From Paramecium tetraurelia (Eukaryota), in the NCBI GenBank assembly GCA_000165425.1, contig CT868011.1, positions 186,001 to 250,000 of the forward strand: a DNA stretch of 64,000 bases, given 5' to 3'. Both the position numbers and the translations under genes were made by a program. Positions within the stretch are counted from its first letter, which is position 1, and each line of letters begins with the position of its first letter. The notes under the pieces are model-generated. The model worked only from the letters and a program-made list of their open reading frames with translations, was not told the DNA's origin and did no database searches. Below are positions 50,457 through 60,798 of the stretch, piece by piece.

Positions 50457-51703
50457 ATGATAAAAAAATTCATTTTTAATTGCCATCTCAATCGATTCTA
50501 ATTCAGCAATACTTTAAACAATATAAGCAAAACCTTATACTTGATAAATTAAAGATTAGGTGAATTAAATACTGAATATGAAACGTATTAAGATCAAACA
50601 ATTAAGTAATTGCACTTCATTAATATCTAAGAGGAGACATGAACGAAATCAAAAGAAGAAGAATGAATGAACTACAACCTAAAATACACATCTATAAATA
50701 AATCTAAGCAAGTGTGTCTGTTATTGAAGATGCCAAATAATTAATTGGTATGGGAGGTTCCTCTGATGAAATATCAATGTTAAATGAAGAAATTTAAGTA
50801 CATTCAATATAATAAATTTAGTCTTAAATTGAATATTTAAAGAAATATTAAGATGATGCTCTATCATAATTAATTGAAGAAGATGAGTACGATCACATTA
50901 GATAACTCAATGTTGAAGTGAGAGCAGGTGTTGGAGGCAGTGAAGGTTCATTATTTGCTGAAGATATAATTGGAATGATCTAGAATTATGCTAGTCTCTA
51001 AAATTGGGATTGCAGAGTAATTATAATTAATATTTTAAAGGTAATATCAATACAAAAAGACAACCAAATTGGTAAAGGTTGTAAAACAGGTATTCTATAA
51101 ATCAATGGTGAGAATGTTTATTAACACTTAAAGTGTGAATCTGGAGTACACAAAGTTATTAGAGTTCCAGAAACAGAAGCTAAGGGAAGATTGCATTCAA
51201 GCACAGCCTCCATGATTGTACTTCCAAAAGTAACTGATAGCTTTCATTTAAGTGACAAAGATTTGAGATATGAATATATGAGAGCAAGTGGACCAGGTGG
51301 TCAACATGTTAATAAAACTGAAAGTGCTTGTAGAATTACCCATGTTCCCACTGGAATTCAAGTTGTAAATATGGAAGACAGAAGTTAAGAGAGAAATAAA
51401 CAAAGAGCATATCAGATTTTAAGGGATAAATTATTTGCAATTCATGTGTAAGAGAAATAGGAAAGAATGGCTCAAACTAGGAAAAGTTAAGTTACTGGGT
51501 CTGATAGAAGCGATAAGATTAGAACCTACAATTTTCCTTAAGAACGAATTACTGATCATAGAACTAATTTAACTTTGTATGGCATGGAAAAAATGTTATC
51601 TGGGGAATTGTTAGGCGAATTCATCTAGAAGTATTAGGAGAAAATTCATAATGCCAAATTACAAGATTTATTAGATGAATTATAAAATGAAAATAAGAAA
51701 TGA
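50457..51703 (+). CDS. MRF1: Mitochondrial peptide chain release factor 1 (RF1-type)
   Basis: '[15 protein letters not shown]', '[24 protein letters not shown]' (PxT motif), '[21 protein letters not shown]' (GGQ), '[20 protein letters not shown]'. Confidence 0.95.
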
Positions 51704-52049
51704 TAATTTTATGTGCGTATTTATAATAATATTATTTATCTACTATCATCATTAATTCAATAGTATATAAACTTTAATTATTATAATATAAAATATTGAA
51801 TAAGATGTGGGTCAATTTATGATATCAATAAATTATGGGTAATAATAAGATTTTTATATAGGTTTGTGATATCTTAATTAGTGAAATTATTTTGATAGTT
51901 TTATAGTTAATAAAATAAACTTAAATATAAAAAGGTTGATAAATAACATGTTATTATTAAACTAAATCAGTTATGAATTAATACAAAAACCATCTCTATT
52001 AAAATCAATTTAATCAACAATATCATTAATATAATTAAATATATATATA

Positions 52050-52560
52050 TATATTAAAAAACTCGTGGTTTCAACTTAGGTATAATATCTTTATTCCTTT
52101 CTCCTATCAGATTAACTCTTGTATAATAATTTTCATTTTCAAAATATACTTTTTTTGAAGAGAAATATATTTAACTATTTTAATTAAATTCATCACAATT
52201 GATATTAGTATTTTTTTCGCTAAATTTTCTCTTCATTTAGGGAATGATCCTGTCATCATCCTAATTAAGGTTAAAAATTATTATCAAAGATTCATACTCT
52301 CAACTCTGGTCTATGGTAATATACTTTAAAAATAAAATAGATTATTGAATATACTAAATATTTCATCCTCCTCTTCATCATTTAGGGCTACTAGGGCATA
52401 TGATTTGATCTATAACTTTTTATTTTGAAATTTCTAATGTGAATTTGAAACAGGTTTCCTTCTTCTTAAAACAAGGACTATCTATGTAATATCTCTTAAA
52501 TATAAACGTCACTTCCGAAATGTTAAGATCTATGCTTTTTAAACAATTTTGCATAAGTTA
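52050..52560 (-). CDS. Possible small hypothetical gene (structure unresolved)
   Basis: Coding-like 'ALVALNDEEEDEIF' with apparent GT-AG mini-introns; start not identified. Confidence 0.3.
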
Positions 52561-52735
52561 ATTTATCAGTGTCTAATTATATTTGATTAAGTCTTAGGAC
52601 TTAAATCGATTGAATGAGAGAAAAAGATATTAGTATTTGATTTAGTTTATTTGGAAGAATGAAAGAAATAGTTTGTTAGAGTATCACTAATTTTTTAATT
52701 TATAGTTATTTAAACTCTATTAATGCGTATCATAA

Positions 52736-53818
52736 TCAATGTACATAATGACTAGAATCAATTTATTCGACTTTAACATATTTATGAAGTTCACTTTTGG
52801 CTGCACTTTTATCGTAATCTTCTTCATAATATATCTTATCAATTTTTGTTGACAAAATGATCTTTGTACATTGCAAACATGGAAATAGGGTAGTATACAT
52901 AACCATATTTTTAGACTTTTTGGTACCTATTTCCAATATGGCACTCTCTTCAGCATGAAAACAAAAACATTTTTCTAGATCTACTCCTTGTTTTGTATTT
53001 TGATTGCACCTGTCACATCCCTTTTCCCAACAATTCTATTTGCCATAAGGAGTGCCATTATAACCAGTTGCAACAATTCTGCTGTCTTTTACAATAACAA
53101 CACCGACTGCCCTTTTCATACAATTTGATCTCTATTTAACAACATTTGCTAGATGCATGAAGTATTAATTCCAATTAGGTCTGATTGGTCTGAAGATATC
53201 TTAATACTTCTTATAGAAACTAATGAGTAGATCTTTTTAGTCTCCCACATTGCCTATTTAGACTTTTGCTTTATGCATGAATTCTGAGATGTTGTCAGAT
53301 ATAACATCGTCAATAATGCAGAATAAATCAAGAGGGATGTTTAATTAATATTTCTTCATAAAGTTTTCATACCTTTTAATTATAGGTGCCTCTACTGCTA
53401 TCAGATGAAAGTAGTTTCTTTGATACAATAATTCTAATTCATATTTATCAGTTATGGGATAAAGAATTTGATGTCTAGGATTATAAGTCAAACAACTTTC
53501 CAACTTTTGTTTTGTCGAATGTGGATGGAAATGTTGATCCCTAGTTTCCTTTAATAATTTTTCTAATTCCTCCAATTGATTAGTATTATAACAACTAAGA
53601 TCTAAACCCATTTATTTCTCTTGCATCATTTTTAGAGTATCATCTAAGAATTCTCTAATATTCATGGTCTCAGTGATTGAAATCACTTGACATTCCGTAC
53701 CTTAGTATTTACTGATGATTTATGCTACTTCTTCTTTACCAGATCTAAATCAAATTGATAATTACCCTAGTCTTCCACACAAACCAATTATTAACCCTTA
53801 ATTATTATTACTATGCAT
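52736..53818 (-). CDS. DCD1: dCMP deaminase with N-terminal P-loop-like domain
   Basis: '[23 protein letters not shown]', 'TGYNGTP', 'CFHAEESA', 'TLFPCLQC' (Zn-binding HAE/PCxxC); N-terminus '[16 protein letters not shown]'. Confidence 0.95.
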
Positions 53819-54155
53819 AAATAAAAATTTGTATATTATTTAACTTAAAATAATTAGACTTCACCACATCAATGTTTTCCAATGCCATTTTTAATCCATT
53901 TCAAATTAAATAGATTCAAGCATTACTCTGCGTTATATTACTTTTTTTTTCAATAAAATTAATCTAATTCTATTAGATGTAATTAAACCAACCTTGATGA
54001 TCAACGAACTTGAAATTTATTCATGTCCACAATAGATTAGATTTTCAATCCCTGGCCAATCTAAGAAACTGTGTATAGAAAACCATGAATTTAGTGTGAT
54101 TGACCATCATTATTTATAATAAAGACCTTTATCAATATATTAAATAATTTAATAC

Positions 54156-55753
54156 TCATCTCCTTGTTTTATAGATCAAACAATTATCTGGTTCTGCACC
54201 ATAGAGAAACCTGATACCAAACTTAAGTTAAACATCTGGGTTAAGACTAACTTAGAACTTTCTAATGATATGACATAAAATGATTTTTAATTCCATTTAA
54301 GCCATATGTTGACCAATGCAATTTCTTCCTCCTGCTCCAAATGGAATATGAACAAAACCATTATCTGATTGAATAGCTCCTTGACCAGTCAACCATCTCT
54401 TGTAATCGAATACTTCAGGATTACTAAAATGCTCATTTCTAATAACAGGAATATCATGTCTTTGGACTACCATCCATCCTATGATGTATTAATTAGATCA
54501 TACCTTTTTTAAGTTTGATATCAAGAAATTGCATATCCTATTAAACCAACCTTACAAAAGGGGAAAAAGCTGGATTCCTTAATCTGAAGACTTCCTAAAA
54601 GATTATAGGATATTTTACATTTATAAATGCGTTCATTTTCACAAGCTTTGGAAGATGAGTATCCTAAACATCTGAATCTTACATTAAATCTTTAATCTCC
54701 TCCAATAATTCATTTTGGACATCTGGATATTTTGCCAAATAAACCAGACAAGTTACAGTCATAGTTGCAGTTGTATCAGTTCCAGCAAAAAACAATGTCA
54801 AAAACTATTAAAGTACTGGTTCGAAATCTATGTTCTTTTTACTTCCTTCATTTTACTATTTCAATAATTCACATAAATAAATATCTAAAAAACATTAATC
54901 TTTATCTTTCTCTTTCCTTGCTTCAGTTTCTCCTTTTAACTATTGTATCCTTGTTTCAATTAGTTGCTTTACAGTGTTTCTAAGCGTATCCACCCTATTA
55001 TTTATATCTTTTTCCTTTTTAGTTGCCAATATTCTCCATCCTTTATTACCTAGTATCATTAATTTAATTTAAGTGTAAGCATTTTTAAATCGTTACAACA
55101 TTATATCGGCAACTAGCTTTACTATTTCTACTTGTCCAGGTTTCCCATTTATAGTTAATCCTTTGGCAATTTCACCAAAAAAACTATGAATGACTACTTC
55201 TCCTGTTATCCATGAAATGAAATCAAAAGAATTAGTTTTTGGATCCAAAATACATCTTTCTTTTACAGTTTAATTAATCATAGGAATTCTTGATTTCAAT
55301 TTCTCAAAAGTAAAGGCTAATCCTAATAGAGTTCTCTAAAATCTCCATTCTTCACCTTCTGTCATTAACAATCCTTTATCAATCAAGTTGCTATCTACAA
55401 TTCATATTATACTCATATCTAAGAAGATTAAACTTTGGGAAATTTTAATATTCCAAATACATTTTCTTAATATATTCGCTATCCACAAAATTTATGAATG
55501 GTGTATCCAAAAAATTTGTCAACAAGATCTTTACTTGGGGATTTTCCCTCATCCTCTTTCTTAGATCATCAAAAAAATCACCATTTTATTTTAATGATCT
55601 AAAATTGTATTTCAACAAGCCCCAAATTGGTGCGTACCACAAATAAGCCTCCTTTCCAAATTAAAGCTTCAATATCAATAATGGTATCAATGGTTTCAAA
55701 ACTATTCTATAAAGGACATAAAAAACAAATATGATTATAATATAAAAAATCAT
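54156..55753 (-). CDS. Cytochrome P450
   Basis: N-terminal TM anchor, I-helix 'FFAGTDTTA', ExxR 'EVFRL', heme motif 'PFGAGGRNCIGQHMA'. Confidence 0.96.
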
Positions 55754-56101
55754 TAATTTTAATATAATAATAAAAATAAAATAAATATCAGATAAATCTC
55801 TAAGAATTTTTAAATACTGACGATTGATGATTTAATTAATGTTATCAATTTAAACAAATCTGTTATCAATAAATTAATATTTTTCAAAATAAATTTCGAT
55901 TTTTGTATATTCGGATAACCCTTAAAGTTTATGAAATTGATCATTAATTCTCTTTCTCAAAAAACCAAGAAATTTTGTTTTGAATTATTTCAAACTATAT
56001 ATTATTTATCCATTCTAAAATAATTTTACAGAAAAGGGAAATTATAATTCTATAACTAGACTTTTAGAGTATTTTTAAATTCTTTCTATTTAAGCTTATA
56101 A

Positions 56102-56688
56102 ATGATAACTTTAGTGCGCATTATTGTTAATAGAATAAGAAATTGGGGTTTATAACCTGACCAGGGTTGATTAAATTTCCATATAATTTTTATCTGACTA
56201 TAATATAAAATTCAGAATAGGCTTAAAGCCTAATTCCATCAGTACCGATCTATACTTCAACTCCTTAAATACTACAAGAAGTCTATTTGCCAACTCTTGG
56301 TTACCAATAATTTAGAGCAAATATATTAGATGAATACGATCAATACTTTGATTTTGATGACTTCAATCAAATCAATCGATATGATGACATCATTCAATTA
56401 AGTTAGATTGGAGAATTGAGATTTGGGAACCCATTTAGTTATTCTTATGTTTCTCCATGGGAAGAACTTAGATAATTAAGTTTTGTGAATTATTAGGTTT
56501 AAGAAAAGAGTGCAAGTTTAATTTGGAGTAAAAGTTTATAGAGAGTATTTGAATAGAATGATTTTAATGAATTAGACACTCTTCAGAATGTTTTTAAAGA
56601 ATTGAACACTCTGCATAATGTTTTTAAAGAATTAAAATCTCTTCCACATTATAGCGATAAAAATGTAAGGAGGAAATCAATACGATGA
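56102..56688 (+). CDS. Orphan ORF (5' structure atypical)
   Basis: Open frame from 56161 to TGA 56686-56688. Joining it to ATG 56102 needs a 17-nt or 50-nt intron, or a frameshift. Confidence 0.45.
56569..56643 (+). repeat. Imperfect 30-bp tandem repeat (2.5 copies; ELxTLxNVFK)
   Basis: gaattagacactcttcagaatgtttttaaa / gaattgaacactctgcataatgtttttaaa / gaattaaaatctctt. Confidence 0.85.
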
Positions 56689-56729
56689 TTGGAATCCATC
56701 TTATCTTAACCGATAGGATGGATTCCAAT
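56688..56729. repeat. 18-bp inverted repeat (hairpin), 6-nt loop
   Basis: attggaatccatcttatc-ttaacc-gataggatggattccaat: 17 Watson-Crick pairs plus one U-G pair on the + strand. Confidence 0.95.
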
Positions 56730-57447
56730 AGAGAATAATTACATTTACATTTATGAAATGAAATGAAATGAAAACCATTTATTTATATAAACATATATCT
56801 ATAGCCTTTCTAAAATATGAAAGTTTAATTGAATTATAATGAAAACTTTAATTCTATTAACTTTTTTTTGCTATCCCAAAGAAATTCATAAGAACAAAAT
56901 AGTAATTGTTTTGATTTTATCGATATGATGAAATCAAGGGTTATTGTACACATAGTCAGAATTTGATGGAATAAATAAGTAATATTGTAATAATGTTATA
57001 TTAATTTTTAATAAAATTATTAATTATTCTCTTTGATTCTAATTAATTATGTTTTGATTAACGTCAATAGCATATATTATGTGGATCTGATGAGCGATTA
57101 TAATTACTGTAATTAATTAGGAAAACACTTCATCATAATGGTAATTATTTTCATTTAGAGAGCGATTTTCATTGCATATGTCGTTTAAGTTAGATATGGA
57201 ATTTTAAACACTATATTCTTTTGGTTATAAAGGTGTAGTAATTAATATTTAATTCTATAATTTATTAAAATAAATTCAAATTTGATTGTTATTATAGCAT
57301 TAATTAATAATATAAATGAAGATTTATTATTGTAATTATTTATGATTATTATAAAATTTAGTATATCTTATTTAGCAATTCATTAGGCTAAAGTATTTAG
57401 CAATAAATTATCATATCTTATTATATTTTTTACTTATGTAAACAACA

Positions 57448-59160
57448 ATGGACAAATTGTATATTGGTATACGAGCTGAAGACAAATCATACATGGAGAG
57501 AAGAACACCCATTCCCCCTCATGATTGCAAGTATATTATGGAAAAAGTATATAATTCAAAATATTTGTAGCATAATCAAATTTAAATAATTGTATAGCCT
57601 TCAACGAAGAGAATATTCACCGACGATCAATACTTAGAAGTGGGATGCTTGGTTTAGGACGATTTATCGATCTGCAGAGCAATCATATGTATTAAGGAAA
57701 TTCCCATTGAAAAATACATAGAAGGAATGACATATTTAAATTGGTCTCACACTTTAGAGGGGGAACCATATAATATGCCAGCTCTGGATGTGATGCTTAA
57801 GAAAAATATTAGGCATTTGGAGTACGAACGAATTTACGACGATAACGTAATCACTTATTATACTAGAATAGGGTGTTAACATAACCTCGTTCCCTTACGC
57901 TGGTATCGCAGGAATCATCACGTTCTTGAATGAATACGGCAAGTACTTACTCAAAAGAGACATGAATACACCATTTTTGCAAATCGGTCCAACTTTCTAA
58001 TATTATAATAAAAAAGACGCTTATGAAGCCTTATAAAAGGCAGGCTAAGCTATTTAAGAAAGAGGACTCCCTCCTAAGCTAGGGTTGCCACTAATAATTG
58101 GAGTAATGGGTTCAACTGGTTCATGTGGTAAAGGTTCTTTGGAAGCCTTGTCTCAACTTCAGATTACACTGGTAAATCCAGAAGATTTGAAAGAACTAGT
58201 TAGGAACTCAAATGATAAAAAACATAGGAACACCGTTTATGTTTGTCCTTTTAAAACTACTGATTTGGTTAGGCATAAACATGATGTTCACAAAGAATTC
58301 ACATCTCAAGATTATTATGAAAATCCATTAGATTATGAACCTATCTTCCATCAGAAATACCTACCCTATCTAACGATTCTCGTTAACGATATTTATTGGG
58401 AATACAAGTTTCCTCGATATGTTACTGATTCCTAAATTAAAGTAAGAAATATATTCTATAACTTAGGAATTATTTGAATCTGGTAATAGTAGATTGCAGG
58501 CTGTATGTGATGTTACATGTGATCTAGAAGGCTCCATCTAATTCTTAAAGAAGTTCACTAACCCTGATCATCCAGTTTACTATTATAATCCAATATCTCA
58601 ATAAGTTCACGATGAATTCGATTTCGAATCTCAAAAGGACATCATGTATATGTCAATTGATTTCTTGCCATCCTAAATGCCATATGAAGCCAGCATGGAT
58701 TTCGGAAAAGCTCTAAGGAATATTGTTCCATACTTGGCCTACTCAGACCCAACAAAACCTTTAGAAGAGAGTGGGCTACCTGAATTTTTGTAAAATGCAA
58801 CTGTCACTCTACATGGTTAACTTACTTAGAAATTTGAATACATCAATGAATTAAGAAAACTTAATGAAACAGAAACTGACCATTAAAAGTTCAGAATGAT
58901 AACGTCATACTATTCAAACAAAATTAATACAATTAAAGATAACACCTCAATAGACAATAAGTCACTATCTTAATAATAACTGTAACTTAATATCTTATTA
59001 TATTAGATCAACTGATTCTGATGCATAGGATGATAGATTCTAATCAGAGGATTAATCTAGAAAGCTGCATACTTCTTCTAGTATTAGTGAGACTAATATC
59101 GATGAGGGTAGATCAGTTAATAATCAACGAACTTTGGAAGAACAAATCTAAATTTCATGA
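57448..59160 (+). CDS. Stand-alone lysine-ketoglutarate reductase-like protein (AlaDH/PNT fold; AASS N-terminal half)
   Basis: 'IGIRAEDKSYMERRTPIPP', 'IVQPSTKRIFTDDQY', 'IKEIP', 'SHT', 'YLPYLTILVNDIYW', 'DVTCDLEGSIQF', 'MSIDFLPSQMPYEASMDFG'. No saccharopine dehydrogenase half follows. Confidence 0.88.
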
Positions 59161-59235
59161 TTATTATTAATTTAGCTTTATTATTATTTTGAAATTTATA
59201 TTTATAGTTAAATTTCTAATTAAGTCAAATAATAA

Positions 59236-60790
59236 ATGGAATATCATTTATTACAAAATAAACTTTGGAATTTGATTTAGCAAATCAGATTATTTTAATG
59301 TGAATTTCCAAAGTCATGATTTCCTTATTATAATTTTAGAAATGAGTAAGTATTTATTGTATTCTTAAATACTCATAAGAAATATTATGTCAAACTAATT
59401 CTTTTTTTGAAATAAATGTTTATCTCCTAATTATTTTATGATTGTATTGATATGATTTACTATAATTTAGTGAGTACTTGGTTACAAAATTGTCTCTTAA
59501 TGATCAAATAGAAGTAAGATATTGGATTTACAAATTGTATAAAGTTTCTCAAGATCATTTATTAAAATCCACTTTTGTTTAGAATTGTTTGTATTTGAAT
59601 ATGGAGAGCAAAACTTAAGAATTATAATAGTTGTTTATTTTGATTATTTAAATATTATAGTAAATTCCTATGTTGATTTAATGAATAAATAATCTCTTTT
59701 ATATTTATATTGTTTCACATCTACATTATTTATTCCTTTTTTCTATACATTTATAATATAAAATTGTAAAACAATTAAATTTATGTAAAGCTTTTCGAAT
59801 TACTTGATAAGCTATTCACAATTCACAACACTAAAAATTTATAAAAACCTAATGTAAATGGATGCTTTTATATTCTATTTTGCAGTTAGATCTTGCAAAC
59901 AAATCAACATCTTGTTAGGAATAGCAGATATCATACACTTCATCTTATTTTTCCCTATCGCATGTCAAGACCATTCTGAAAATACTATTCAATTGATTCA
60001 AACCTTTACTTTCATTTTCATTTATAAGATAATGATATACTTTTCCCTTCATAAAATATGAGTTACTTCATATTGACTAAAAAAAAATTCTTTAATGATT
60101 ATGAATGATTTTGAAAATTTATTTATCATTATATTACTATCATCATACGATAAATTGATCTAAAAAATGAAATTGATAATTACATCAATCATTAATGATT
60201 ATCTAAAATTAAATTATTCTAAAATTTACCATTAAATTAGGTTTATTGAATTGATATCAAATCAGAATGTTTAGAACTACTTATCAAAGAATTTACAAAG
60301 TAAGGCATTTTAATTATTATTGTAATCTAAATAACATCATAAGTTCAAGAAAATAATTAGAAATAAAGGATTTTTCTAATTTAATAATGATATAATTGAA
60401 TTTAAGAGAAATCTCTTAATATTTAGAACATAATAGTCGTTTTTTATTTGGATTCTATTCATACGCTGATCTCTGTCCGATAATATTCTTTAAATAAAAT
60501 TGGTGTTAATTTAATACAAAATCTGATGAAAAATTTAAGAAAAAACATTGATAAATAAATTTAAAAGGTATATATTTATGAATGATGAGATTTTTATATT
60601 TAAATATAGATAAACATGCAATAACACTCTTTCTTAATCTTCAAATCTGTGTGATCTTATCAAGTGATTAAATGCAATGAGTGCTAAAATCGTTTTTTAT
60701 TGTATCTCTTGTCAGATTTCAAATTATTTAAGACGACATTTAGATTTCTTTAACTATAAATAAATTTCCTTTTCATTATTAATTTCAAAA
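59236..60790 (+). pseudogene. Decayed hydrophobic coding sequence upstream of the PAS/TM gene
   Basis: ATG 59236 reaches TGA after 27 codons. Later TM-like fragments (e.g. 59858-60061) lie in shifting frames with several TGAs. Confidence 0.4.
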
Positions 60791-60798
60791 GGTGTTGA

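Noticed and set aside
53860..54110. Possible small gene between the P450 and dCMP deaminase
   Set aside because: No frame with both a start codon and a convincing length or motif.
56683..56735. Hairpin as a canonical eukaryotic SECIS (AUGA...AA...GA)
   Set aside because: The helix is 17-18 bp rather than about 11-13, the GA quartet register is off by two, and it overlaps the UGA itself. Kept only as a generic hairpin.
57061..57130. Hammerhead-ribozyme-like words GUC...CUGAUGAG...GAAA
   Set aside because: No G10.1-C11.1 pair (a G precedes GAAA), stem I is weak and stem III does not pair (GAAAAC versus GUC); consistent with chance in A/T-rich DNA.
27709..59160. Functional cluster of mitochondrial or metabolic genes (NFS1, COX11, MRF1, DCD1, P450, LKR)
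   Set aside because: Interspersed with unrelated genes on both strands and sharing no pathway; ordinary gene order.
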